From NCBI GenBank assembly GCA_021772515.1, contig JAJFLU010000033.1:28106-92105 (forward strand): a stretch of DNA of 64,000 nucleotides. Reading direction: 5' to 3'. Below are positions 52,839 through 61,997 of the stretch, in pieces. This DNA comes from Opitutales bacterium (GTDB taxonomy: Bacteria > Verrucomicrobiota > Verrucomicrobiia > Opitutales > UBA2987). Made by a program: the position numbers and the translations under genes. The notes beneath the pieces are model-generated. The model was not told the DNA's origin, did no database searches, and worked only from the letters and a program-made list of their open reading frames with translations. Within the stretch, counting starts at the first letter, position 1; every line of letters starts with the position of its first letter.

Positions 52839-53954
52839 ATGATTAAGGCCCAGATCGGAGATATGTTTGCGAGCGATATGCAGACCATCGTGAATACGGT
52901 GAACTGTGTCGGTATCATGGGTAAAGGAATCGCCCAGATTTTCAAAAAAAGTTATCCTGACATGTTCACCGACTATGCCAACCGCTGTAAACGCGGCGAG
53001 GTGAAGCTTGGCGAGCCATACCACTACACCGATTTGGCCGGCGCCTCGATCATCAATTTTCCGACCAAAGGACACTGGCGGGCATCGACCCGCTTGGCAG
53101 ATGTGGAGGCAGGACTGGACTATTTTGTTAAGCATTTTCGGTCCTGGGGGGTAACATCAGTGGCTTTCCCCCCGCTGGGTTGTGGTAATGGGGGTCTCGA
53201 ATGGTCAACCGTGGGGCCACTGATGTATGCAAAACTGAAAGGCATTGGAATACCGGTGGAACTCTACGCTCCGTATGGCACGCCTCCCATTCAATTAAAG
53301 CCCAACTTCCTCGGGGCAGATCAACAAACTGAGTTTTTGGTTAAGGGACAACGCCGGGAGAAATTGCGGCCCGAATGGGTAGCATTGGTCGAAGTGCTGT
53401 ACGAGTTGGAAAAGCAGCCCTACGCAAATCAAGTTGGCCGAACCATTTTTCAGAAAATATGTTATATAATCACCAAACTGGGAGTGGACACTGGCTTCCA
53501 ATTTGAGCGCAACAGTTACGGTCCCTTTGCCGGAGAGGTCAAAGAAGCGATCAACGTTTTGGCCAATAATAATTGGGTGACCGAGAAACAGATGGGACGG
53601 ATGACCGCGCTGAAAGTAGGTCCTCGCTACGCGCGGGATCGGTTAAAATTTTCCAAGCAATTGAAGCCCTTGAAACAAAAGATTGAGAAAACCGTGGATC
53701 TGTTCAGTCGAATCAAGAGCACGGAGCAGGCCGAAGAAGTCGCCACAGTTATCTTTGCCGTGCAGAGTTTGAAAAAAGAGCACGATCCGGATCGGGTTTC
53801 CGAAGAGGATCTTTTTGGCTATATTCTCGGTTGGAAGAAGGGTTGGAAGAGCGATGAAGCCAAACAAAGCAGCTTGGCGGAGACTATTCGAAATCTTGAG
53901 ATGCTGGGGTGGGTGAAGCTCCGGTTCAGTGAATCGCTTCCGGTTCCGGTGTGA
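52839..53954 (+). CDS. darG: DarG, macrodomain antitoxin / DNA ADP-ribosyl glycohydrolase
   Basis: IVNTVNCVGIMGKGIAQIFKKSYPDMFTDYANRCKRGEVKLG...INFPTKGHWRASTRLADVEAGL...VAFPPLGCGNGGLEW is near-collinear with my recollection of the Thermus DarG macrodomain. A C-terminal domain of about 200 aa follows. Confidence 0.9.
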   Translation: MIKAQIGDMFASDMQTIVNTVNCVGIMGKGIAQIFKKSYPDMFTDYANRCKRGEVKLGEPYHYTDLAGASIINFPTKGHWRASTRLADVEAGLDYFVKHFRSWGVTSVAFPPLGCGNGGLEWSTVGPLMYAKLKGIGIPVELYAPYGTPPIQLKPNFLGADQQTEFLVKGQRREKLRPEWVALVEVLYELEKQPYANQVGRTIFQKICYIITKLGVDTGFQFERNSYGPFAGEVKEAINVLANNNWVTEKQMGRMTALKVGPRYARDRLKFSKQLKPLKQKIEKTVDLFSRIKSTEQAEEVATVIFAVQSLKKEHDPDRVSEEDLFGYILGWKKGWKSDEAKQSSLAETIRNLEMLGWVKLRFSESLPVPV

Positions 53955-53969
53955 CGTTGCGGATAACTC

Positions 53970-54047
53970 GAACCTATCTCAAATTCGATGATGATGATGA
54001 TGACGCACAGAGCAATTATGCGCTTGGAGCAAGGCGCGACGGGGCTT
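53970..54047. mobile_element. Left-end fragment of the same MITE family as 29979-30251
   Basis: It begins GAACCTATCTCAAATTCGATGATGATGATG and continues ...CAGAGCAATTATG(C/T)GCTTGGAGCAAGGCGCGACGGGGCTT, as in the full copy. Homology ends inside the shared GGGGCTT at 54041-54047. Confidence 0.65.
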
Positions 54048-55121
54048 TTCGTGTGTCTGTGTTTTTTGGCGCCTTCGGCTGTTGTGGTGGAGGGTGATCA
54101 TGGCGGCGGGGAGGCTCGGTTGCCGGAAAAGATTGCGAACAATGCGGTTGCTTGGGTGGAGATTGAGGGGCAGCCGGTTATTTTTAGTTTTCTTGGTCTG
54201 GAGGAGGGAAAAACTTATGAGGATACCAGTTTGGCCGCGTTTGAATATCGGCTGGTGGAAAAAACTGGCCGAAGACTGACACCCGTTCCGGGTGGTGAGG
54301 GGCGGTTGGCGGGGGTTGCCGCGACGGTTGGGCAGAAGATTTATATTTTCGGCGGTTATACTGTGGATGCCGAGGGGGGTGAAGTTTCCTCGCCATTGGT
54401 GCATTCTTTCGATCCCCAATCGCATGTTTATCGGGAACGCAAGCCGATGCCTACGCCGGTTGATGATTCGGTTGCCCTGGTTTACAAGGATCGTTATGTT
54501 TACCTTGTCAGTGGCTGGCATGACAAAGGAAACGTCTCGCTTGTGCAGGTTTATGATACGGAAAAGGATGTTTGGTTTGGGGCCACGGATTATCCGGGGT
54601 CGCCGGTATTTGGGCATTCCGGGGGGATCGTGGGGGATCGGTTGATTATTGCAGATGGTGTGCGAGAAAAGCGTTTAGAAAGCGGTAAGCGGACCTTCGA
54701 GATCACCGATGAGGTTTACCAGGGTATCATCGATTCCGCGGACCCAAGTGTTATCAAATGGGGGAAATTGCCTCCGCATCCGGGGAAACCTAGGTATCGG
54801 ATGGCGGCGGTCGGTTCCGGGCAGAAAGGCGGGTTGGTCGTATTCGCGGGGGGCACGGGTAATCCCTACAATTACAATGGTATTGGTTATGACGGTGTGC
54901 CGAGCGAGCCTTCCGATCGGGTTTTTGGCTACCAAATGGATCGCGGAGAGTGGTTGGTGTATGCTCCCAAGGAGACGGCCACGATGGATCATCGGGGTTT
55001 GCTGGAGATTGATGGCGTTTTTTATACGGTGGGGGGAATGGTCGCCGGGCAGGAGGTTAGCGATGGGATTTTTTCTTTTCGTCTGCGGGAGCGGGGGGAA
55101 ATTGGGCATTTGGAAAATTAG
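54018..55121 (+). CDS. Secreted kelch-repeat beta-propeller protein (NanM/galactose-oxidase-like fold)
   Basis: The signal-like N-terminus is MRLEQGATGLFVCLCFLAPSAVVV. Kelch-like blades repeat (GQKIYIFGGY, DRYVYLVSGW, GDRLIIADG, GLVVFAGG, GVFYTVGGM). The ORF is also open from the (ATG)5 run at 53988. Confidence 0.8.
   Translation: MRLEQGATGLFVCLCFLAPSAVVVEGDHGGGEARLPEKIANNAVAWVEIEGQPVIFSFLGLEEGKTYEDTSLAAFEYRLVEKTGRRLTPVPGGEGRLAGVAATVGQKIYIFGGYTVDAEGGEVSSPLVHSFDPQSHVYRERKPMPTPVDDSVALVYKDRYVYLVSGWHDKGNVSLVQVYDTEKDVWFGATDYPGSPVFGHSGGIVGDRLIIADGVREKRLESGKRTFEITDEVYQGIIDSADPSVIKWGKLPPHPGKPRYRMAAVGSGQKGGLVVFAGGTGNPYNYNGIGYDGVPSEPSDRVFGYQMDRGEWLVYAPKETATMDHRGLLEIDGVFYTVGGMVAGQEVSDGIFSFRLRERGEIGHLEN
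54041..54123 (+). repeat. Direct repeat copy B (83 nt), which forms the 5' coding region of the kelch gene
   Basis: See copy A. This copy encodes GLFVCLCFLAPSAVVVEGDHGGGEARL. Confidence 0.85.
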
Positions 55122-56296
55122 AAAAGTTCGGCGTATTTGGCTCCGCCTCCGGTGATGAAGAGGACGATGCGTTCATTCTCGTGCAGTATTCCGGTTTCTT
55201 TTAGAGTCTGTAGTGCGGCCACGGTGGCGCCTCCTTCGGGGGCTGCGAAAATTCCTTCTGTTGAGCCGAGGGTTCGCACACCTTGCATGAGGGCATCGTC
55301 ACTGACGGCCACGGCCTCTCCCCCACTTTCACGTATGGCTCTTAAAATGAGGAAGTCGCCGACGGCTCCGGGCACGCGCAGGCCGAGCGCGATGGTTTGG
55401 GCATTTTTGGCGGGGGTGGCTTTTTCATGGCCCTGAATGAAGGCTTCGACGATGGGGGCGCAGCCTTCTGCCTGCACGGAAATCATTCGCGGGCGTTCCT
55501 TGCCGATCCAGCCGAGCTGCTCCATTTCATGGAAGGCTTTCCACATGCCGATCAACCCGGTGCCGCCGCCGGTGGGGTAAATAATGGCGTCCGGCAGCGA
55601 CCAGCCGAACTGCTCCGTCAATTCGTAGGCCATCGTCTTTTTTCCCTCGACTCGATAGGGTTCTTTTAAGGTTGAAAGGTCGAACCAGCCGGATTCCTGG
55701 CGCATTTTTTCGGCCACCCTTTTTGCGCAATCACTGATGAGGCCGTCGATACGCTCGACCTCGGCCCCGCATTGCTCGCATTCGATTAAAAAAGGAGCCG
55801 GGGTGTCCGCGGGCATAGCGACGAATGCCTTCATGCCGGCTTTTGCGGCATAGGCGGCGGCAGCGCCCCCGGCGTTACCGGCGGTGGGAAGGGCCACTTT
55901 TCGGATGCCCAATTCGAAGGCCTTGGAAACGGCAGCGCTGAGGCCCCGGGCTTTGAACGAGCCGGTGGGGTTGAGGGATTCGTCCTTGAGGTAGAGATTG
56001 TTAAAGCCCAATTCGGCAGCCAAACGGTTCGCTTTGACAAGGGGTGTCCCGCCTTCGCCGAGAGAAATCACATTTTCCGGCCGTTCTATGGGGAGAATTT
56101 CGTGGAAACGCCAAAGACCCGACTCCCTTTTGGCAAATGAACTCCTGTCGATTAGTTGGGCTGCGCGCTCCAGATCATATCTGGCAAAAAGAGGCTGGTG
56201 ACAAAGGGGGCAGAGGTTGAGCGGCTCCGTTTTGGCAAAGCGCTGACCGCAGGAAGCGCATTCGAGATGATGAAAAGTGGAAAAGTTTTCGTTCAT
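55118..56296 (-). CDS. thrC: Threonine synthase
   Basis: An N-terminal Zn-ribbon-like CASCG...CPLC is followed by the PLP lysine context NPTGSFKARG and LPTAGNAGGAAAAYAA. Length is 392 aa. Confidence 0.9.
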   Translation of the reverse strand: MNENFSTFHHLECASCGQRFAKTEPLNLCPLCHQPLFARYDLERAAQLIDRSSFAKRESGLWRFHEILPIERPENVISLGEGGTPLVKANRLAAELGFNNLYLKDESLNPTGSFKARGLSAAVSKAFELGIRKVALPTAGNAGGAAAAYAAKAGMKAFVAMPADTPAPFLIECEQCGAEVERIDGLISDCAKRVAEKMRQESGWFDLSTLKEPYRVEGKKTMAYELTEQFGWSLPDAIIYPTGGGTGLIGMWKAFHEMEQLGWIGKERPRMISVQAEGCAPIVEAFIQGHEKATPAKNAQTIALGLRVPGAVGDFLILRAIRESGGEAVAVSDDALMQGVRTLGSTEGIFAAPEGGATVAALQTLKETGILHENERIVLFITGGGAKYAELF

Positions 56297-56685
56297 ATTG
56301 ATTCAACTGACCAGCGGAGAAAGTAAAATGCCACGGTCCCTCGGGGTCTGACGAGTTTAGAATGTATTTTTGGAAAAAGACTGTCCCATTTTTGGGATGG
56401 CGAGTGTTGCGATATTGAAACACCTGTTTTCGGGTTTTTCTGGGGGAAAATTGTTTCGTTTCGCATTCTGTTAAAGATTAGCAGGTTACAAATTTCAGTA
56501 AGTCTATTGGCACAGTTAATGCCTTGGAAGATTAAGGCTTTTCCGATCTGCCAAACACTCCCCAAACTGCCGGGGACTTCATTTAGAGAATATGAAAAGA
56601 AAACAGGGAAAAAGAAAAATCCGGTGTGTGATGTAACCTCTTGGGATGAATTCTGGTAATCATTAGGAACCCCACGCCTGCGCCT

Positions 56686-58944
56686 ATGAAAATTATACCA
56701 CCTTTGGAAACCTGCCCAAAAACTGGATGCTTTCGCTCCGAGATGATTTGGTTTATTGCAATTTTTCTGGTCGGCATTGCCAGTTTTGGAAGTCAGCGAT
56801 TATGGGGAGACGATTTTATTGGTGAGGAAGCGGCTGAAAGATCGGTTCAAAGCGGCGAGAGACCGAAATTGAACATGATCCGAACCACTCAGCCACCCAA
56901 GATCGATGGGGTGCTCGACGATGGCTCATGGTCTGAAGCGGCGATTATTCACGAGTTTACTCAGGAGGAGCCCGCCGAGGGTTCACCGGCCACGGAAAAG
57001 ACGAAAATCCGGCTTTTATATGATTCCAATTTTCTTTATGTGGGTATCCGGGCCTACGATTCGGAGCCGGGGCGGATTGTGGCAAAGGAGATGCAGAGGG
57101 ATGTTCATCTGGGTTCGGAAGATTCGGTGAGTTTCTCGCTGGATACTTTTCACGATTTTAGAAATGGGTACTATTTTCAGATAAATCCGCGAGGCTCCCG
57201 AAGGGATGGATTGATCTCTTCCGATTTGGAAGATGATGGCTATAAGGCGGAATGGGATGGCATTTGGTACGGTAAATCCTCGATTGACGAAAAGGGTTGG
57301 TCGGCGGAGATGGCGATCCCGATGAAGACGGTCAATTTCGACCCTCAAATCGGCACTTGGGGATTCAATGTCGAGCGATCCATTCAGCGAAAAAATGAGA
57401 CAGTGCGCTGGACCGGTCACACACGCAACAACCAGGTATCCTCGATGGGAGTGGCCGGAGAATTGGAAAACATCAGCGATCTCAATCAGGGTTTAGGCAT
57501 CGATTTTATTCCCTATGCAACGATGAAGGCCACCCATGACAGCGCTAATGGCGGTGACAATGATTTTGAGCTCAAGCCGGGCTTCGATCTGTTTTACAAA
57601 ATCACTCCTGCGATAACGGCCGCGCTTACGATTAATACCGATTTTGCGGAGGCGGAAATTGATGACCGGAGGGTCAACTTATCGCGTTTTCCACTGTTTT
57701 TTGAGGAGAAAAGGGATTTCTTTTTGCAGGATGCGACAATTTTTCGATTTGGCGGCATTCAGCAGAACCCGCTTCCCTTCCACTCGCGAAAAATTGGCCT
57801 GGGGCCCGACGGAAAGCAAATTGACATCACCGGAGGACTCAAGGTTACGGGGCGGACCGGGCCGGTAAATTTTGGCCTCCTGAGCGTACAGGTGGAGGGA
57901 ACGGATACTCTGGAATCAAAGAATCTATCGGTGGGGCGGGCTTCACTCAATATTCTGGAGCAATCATCGGTGGGAATGATTTTTACGAATGGCGATCCTC
58001 ACACCAACGGTTCGAATTCGTTGGCCGGTTTTGATTTTAACTATAAGAACTCCGATTTTCGTGAGACGGGTCAAACGGTGCAAGGCAATGTCTATTTTAT
58101 GAAGACCTTTTCGACAGGATTGGATGGAGACGACACCGCATTGGGGATCAACCTGGAATACCCTAACGATATTTGGCAGTGGTCCATTTTTTACCGCAGG
58201 TGGGGCGCAGATTTCAACCCGGCGCTCGGTTTCATCGCCCAAACCGGTGTGCATGATATTCTTGCCTGGGTCGGGCATCGTTGGCGGCCGGATTTCGTAA
58301 ATTCCATTTATTTGGAGGTGTTTACAGGCCAGGCAATAACGCTGGAAGGAGAACATCAAAGCAGTAATATAAATTTGCCCTTTTTCTTTATGGAAAGCAA
58401 TTCGCAGGACTGGATTGAAGGTTCTCCGCTGCAACTCATGAAGGAACAATTATTTGAACCCTTCGAGATTTCAGACGGAGTGGTGATTCCCATAGGCACG
58501 TACAGCTATACACGTTACTTTCTCAATTTTGGAACCTCTGACCATCGTCCGTTTAATGTTGGTTTAGATTTCAGCGGTGGCGAGTATTGGAACGGGACGC
58601 GAACATTTATCGGCGGTTCCGTTGGTTGGCGTCCCTCGCCGCATTTCAATGTCGAGGCCGAATACGGCAACAACAGAATCCGGCTACCCCAAGGGGATTT
58701 TGATGTGAACATCGCCAGTATGAATCTCAATTTCCTGTTTTCGCCGAGCCTGACGTGGAATATCGTTACTCAATGGGATAATGTATCGGATACCTTTGGA
58801 CTCAATAGCCGCATCCGGTGGACGATCAATCCGGGCAATGATCTATTTCTGGTATTCAATCAGGGCGTGGATACCTCCAACCAAAGCTGGCGGCCAATCA
58901 ACTCCGAAATCAGCACGAAACTATCGTGGACTTTCCGGTTTTAG
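56686..58944 (+). CDS. CBM9-like + DUF5916 domain protein (predicted outer-membrane or secreted)
   Basis: QPPKIDGVLDDGSWSEAA...LLYDSNFLYVGIRAYD...DSVSFSLDTFHDFRNGYYFQINPRGSRRDG matches the family pattern as I recall it. The C-terminal half is beta-rich and ends in F. An alternative start at 56743 gives a signal peptide. Confidence 0.7.
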   Translation: MKIIPPLETCPKTGCFRSEMIWFIAIFLVGIASFGSQRLWGDDFIGEEAAERSVQSGERPKLNMIRTTQPPKIDGVLDDGSWSEAAIIHEFTQEEPAEGSPATEKTKIRLLYDSNFLYVGIRAYDSEPGRIVAKEMQRDVHLGSEDSVSFSLDTFHDFRNGYYFQINPRGSRRDGLISSDLEDDGYKAEWDGIWYGKSSIDEKGWSAEMAIPMKTVNFDPQIGTWGFNVERSIQRKNETVRWTGHTRNNQVSSMGVAGELENISDLNQGLGIDFIPYATMKATHDSANGGDNDFELKPGFDLFYKITPAITAALTINTDFAEAEIDDRRVNLSRFPLFFEEKRDFFLQDATIFRFGGIQQNPLPFHSRKIGLGPDGKQIDITGGLKVTGRTGPVNFGLLSVQVEGTDTLESKNLSVGRASLNILEQSSVGMIFTNGDPHTNGSNSLAGFDFNYKNSDFRETGQTVQGNVYFMKTFSTGLDGDDTALGINLEYPNDIWQWSIFYRRWGADFNPALGFIAQTGVHDILAWVGHRWRPDFVNSIYLEVFTGQAITLEGEHQSSNINLPFFFMESNSQDWIEGSPLQLMKEQLFEPFEISDGVVIPIGTYSYTRYFLNFGTSDHRPFNVGLDFSGGEYWNGTRTFIGGSVGWRPSPHFNVEAEYGNNRIRLPQGDFDVNIASMNLNFLFSPSLTWNIVTQWDNVSDTFGLNSRIRWTINPGNDLFLVFNQGVDTSNQSWRPINSEISTKLSWTFRF

Positions 58945-59033
58945 GTTTGGGTTGGAGAAAATTAAGGTGCCCTTCTACTGCGCTGTATTGCTCAGAATAT
59001 TGTTAAGATTTAAAGGAATTTCGTGTGCGATTT

Positions 59034-59327
59034 TTATCTGCCATATATTTCGTGCCCACCTATGCCGAGCGTCAGAATAGTGTTGCCCTCTTGACAAAAT
59101 ACCGCACGAAGATCGCCATCAACTACAACTGCATAGATAGTTTTCTTGGCAAGAGCGCTCAAGTGATTAATTTTATGCGGGCGCAATCTTGGATCGAAAG
59201 GATTTATCCGAAAAACTTCAAAAGCTCGTAACGCATTCTTTTTTTGGTTACTGGATAACTTGTGGAACTGCCGACGGAAAGTCCGAGTAGCCCGGAATAC
59301 CAGCTTATTCTTCTGGTGGGGGCTCAT
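59034..59327 (-). CDS. RelE/ParE-superfamily type II toxin (YafQ/RelE-like mRNA interferase)
   Basis: FRRQFHKLSSNQKKNALRAFEVFRINPFDPRLRPHKINHLS...DLRAVFCQEGNTILTLGIGGHEIY follows the RelE-family pattern (...P.dp.L..HkL...R.vf....i.l..iG.H..vY). Confidence 0.75.
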   Translation of the reverse strand: MSPHQKNKLVFRATRTFRRQFHKLSSNQKKNALRAFEVFRINPFDPRLRPHKINHLSALAKKTIYAVVVDGDLRAVFCQEGNTILTLGIGGHEIYGR

Positions 59328-59568
59328 TGAGCGCCGTATTTAAATCAACTTCACGACCAGATTCAATATCGTCTAACGCATCGAGAAACCAATCAGGAGC
59401 CACTGGCGGAGCATGCTCGTTTTCCAGATCAAACAGTATTGAATCCTTATGGGCCGCTGATTCTCCATGGTTCGAATCTTGTGTTAAAGTGAAAATGTAA
59501 TCCTTAACATTGGCCGAGGATTGGGCAATATTGTATTCTTCGTTGAATTCCATAGTATTTAGGTTCAT
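59305..59568 (-). CDS. Putative cognate antitoxin (acidic, family not recognised)
   Basis: It lies upstream of the toxin gene and overlaps it by 23 nt. The 87-aa acidic protein has the C-terminal DWFLDALDDIESGREVDLNTAL. Confidence 0.45.
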   Translation of the reverse strand: MNLNTMEFNEEYNIAQSSANVKDYIFTLTQDSNHGESAAHKDSILFDLENEHAPPVAPDWFLDALDDIESGREVDLNTALNEPPPEE

Positions 59569-59598
59569 CGGTATAAATTTTTTAGGTTTAAGGCTTAG

Positions 59599-60084
59599 TT
59601 AGGCTTGTGCTGAAATGGCCTTGACTTCGAATTCACGGTTCCCAATGGGCTCGCTGTTTACTAAAATTTGTATTTTATACATTCCGGCTCCGGGAAAAAT
59701 CACGCCGATGAACGGGAAAGAACGATCAAAAATAAAAGTTCTTGGAAACTCTTGACCATCACCGGTAGTCTCAAGGGTTCCTGAAGCACTCATAGCAACA
59801 TGTCCTGTATTTGGATCCTCAATTCGAACAGTGACGTTAATACGCTTTTGAATTCCACTAAGATTGGTGATAAAAGGAGTTACAAAAAAGTTTGGTGCGG
59901 GGAAGGGAAATGCCGCCGCGTTGAAAAAGGAAAAACATCCGATTAAGCTGAGTTTATTCGTTCCCACTTCTCGAATTGTGCTGTCTGAAAGCATAATTGC
60001 ATCGAGAACTACCGGCTCCATTTGGTCTCCTTTAGGTTTCATATCAGTTCTATAAGTATTGATATAAAAGACAATTTGATTCAA
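59599..60084 (-). CDS. Hypothetical beta-rich protein upstream of the TA pair
   Basis: The ORF is 140-161 aa, with possible starts at 60084, 60042 or 60021. The sequence LDAIMLSDSTIREVGTNKLSLIGCFSFFNAAAFPFPAPNFFV...GMYKIQILVNSEPIGNREFEV matches no family I can assign confidently. Confidence 0.5.
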   Translation of the reverse strand: MNQIVFYINTYRTDMKPKGDQMEPVVLDAIMLSDSTIREVGTNKLSLIGCFSFFNAAAFPFPAPNFFVTPFITNLSGIQKRINVTVRIEDPNTGHVAMSASGTLETTGDGQEFPRTFIFDRSFPFIGVIFPGAGMYKIQILVNSEPIGNREFEVKAISAQA

Positions 60085-60194
60085 ATGTCGAGCCTGAATC
60101 CAAGCCGCTAATCACCACCCACTTTTTAAACAGCAGGCCGATACATGCTTACTGCATTTCAATTAATCTCAAGGGTGAAGATAGAGCGGTTGCC

Positions 60195-60716
60195 TTGGAG
60201 CTTTTTTTTTGCTTTGGTGGTTTGATGGATAATTTTGGCGCTCATTTCAGGGGGATTCGGCTTTTGGCCGGGTTGGTTGTGGTTTCTGGGCTTTTGGGGG
60301 CCTTGCTGAATTTTGGTTATGGCGAAGATGGTGATGGTGGCGCCGATGCCGGTGCGGAGACGGCGGTTGCTCAGGGTGGTGGTGATGCGCCGGTCGAGTG
60401 GATGCGGACGGAGTTGTATTTTGGGGCGAGGCTTCGTGATCAGGAGGGCGATTATGAAGCGATGTGGAATGATTATCTGGATACTGTGGTAACACCGCGC
60501 TTTCCGGAGGGGTTGACGGTGCTCGATGCCTCGGGGCAATGGCGGGTAAAGGAGGGGCAGAAGCCGCGTCGGGGGGCATCGCGAATCATCATCCTGATCC
60601 ACGAGGCATCAGGGGAGAAATTGCGATATTTGGATGAGATTCGTGAGATTTGGAAGGAGCGGGCGGGGCATTTGTCGGTTCTGAAGGTGTCGGTGCCGGT
60701 CGAGGTGTCTTTTTGA
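60195..60716 (+). CDS. DUF3574-like secreted or lipoprotein-type protein
   Basis: A hydrophobic N-terminus is followed by RTELYFGARL...YLDTVVTPRFPEGLTVLDASGQW...HLSVLKVSVPVEVSF, which matches my recollection of DUF3574. The likely start is ATG 60225. Confidence 0.6.
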   Translation: MELFFCFGGLMDNFGAHFRGIRLLAGLVVVSGLLGALLNFGYGEDGDGGADAGAETAVAQGGGDAPVEWMRTELYFGARLRDQEGDYEAMWNDYLDTVVTPRFPEGLTVLDASGQWRVKEGQKPRRGASRIIILIHEASGEKLRYLDEIREIWKERAGHLSVLKVSVPVEVSF

Positions 60717-60916
60717 AGTTTCTTTCAAATTCCTCCATCGACCGCGAGTAAAGAAAAATGGGGGTATGCGAGATGGCCGCAAAATCAATTTTCAATTCAT
60801 TATTGAGTGTCGTTCGAGTAATATCATAAAGATAGACATGGCTACGTTTATGAAATTTTGAAAACTGCATCAATGCAACTCATGGGAAACCTATAAACTG
60901 AAGTGGGAGGATCATT

Positions 60917-61765
60917 GTGAACGCTGAATTTCAAAAGCAGAAAGCTCAGGATTTTCTCTTGCTTCACACTCGGGGGGATCTCCTCATCCTGCCCAATGTG
61001 TGGAATCCGATCGGCGCCCGGATTTTGCAAGCGAAGGGGTACCCTGCGGTAGCAACGGCCAGCGCTGCGATTTCCGCCAGTCTTGGTTATAGGGACGGAG
61101 AAAAGATCAGGCGCTCCACACTCATCGACCTCATTAGTCGTATTGCCGGCAGTGTTGAAATTCCGGTTACCGCCGACATCGAAAGCGGTTACGGCGATTC
61201 CATCTCAGAGCTGGAGGAGACGATATCTGAAGTGATCGATTCCGGTGTCATTGGCATCAACCTCGAAGACAGCCTGGAGGAAGGCGGAGCGCTGCGCCCG
61301 GTCGAGGGGCAATGCGAGAGGATTGCGGCGGTGAAACAGATTGCCGCCAGCCGGGGTCTGCCTCTGGTCGTAAATGCCCGGATTGATAGTTACCTGTCCT
61401 CCAGCTTTAAGGAAAAAGACGAGGCAACGGAAGATGCCGTATCGAGGGCCAATGCCTACTCTGACGCAGGGGCCGACTGTGTTTACCCAATTGGTCCCGG
61501 CGACGAGGCAACCGTCCGCGTACTTCGAGCCCGCATAGATTTGCCCATTAACATATTGGCGACACCGGAGGCTGCGACACTTTCGACATTGCAGGCAATC
61601 GGCGTCAATCGCGTCAGTTTCGGCCCCTTCGTCTTCAGGTCGGGCCTGAAGAAGTTCATTGACATCGCCGATCGCCTGAAAAGCAAAGGAGACTATTCCT
61701 GCTTCAGTGATATGCTATCGAAAGAACAGACCGAAGAATACCTGCTCGGCGGCCACGAAACCTAA
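60917..61765 (+). CDS. Isocitrate lyase / PEP mutase superfamily protein (2-methylisocitrate lyase-like)
   Basis: The start is GTG. LILPNVWNPIGARILQAKGYPAVATASAAIS...PVTADIESGYG...INLED is the PEP-mutase/ICL superfamily pattern. Confidence 0.8.
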   Translation: MNAEFQKQKAQDFLLLHTRGDLLILPNVWNPIGARILQAKGYPAVATASAAISASLGYRDGEKIRRSTLIDLISRIAGSVEIPVTADIESGYGDSISELEETISEVIDSGVIGINLEDSLEEGGALRPVEGQCERIAAVKQIAASRGLPLVVNARIDSYLSSSFKEKDEATEDAVSRANAYSDAGADCVYPIGPGDEATVRVLRARIDLPINILATPEAATLSTLQAIGVNRVSFGPFVFRSGLKKFIDIADRLKSKGDYSCFSDMLSKEQTEEYLLGGHET

Positions 61766-61997
61766 CGGAGAGAAGAGCCGACCCTTGGGGGATTATGAGG
61801 GGTCGTGTCGATCTACTTGATATCGACTGTTTTCGCTGTAACGGAATTGTTATAGAGAAAATATCGCACAAAGGAAATGCTAATTGATGGGTGAACCTTG
61901 ATGCTCACATTTCGGGGTGGTTGGGTTGTCTGTGGCTGCGGAATTGTTGGGGTTGATTTTCTTTGGTTGATGTGGGGGGATTATTTTTCTTAGGTTT

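Noticed and set aside
53979-54617. A 212-aa minus-strand ORF (plus 54675-55109) antisense to the kelch gene.
   Set aside because: It has no motifs and a biased composition. The plus-strand frame shows repeated kelch blades and a signal peptide.
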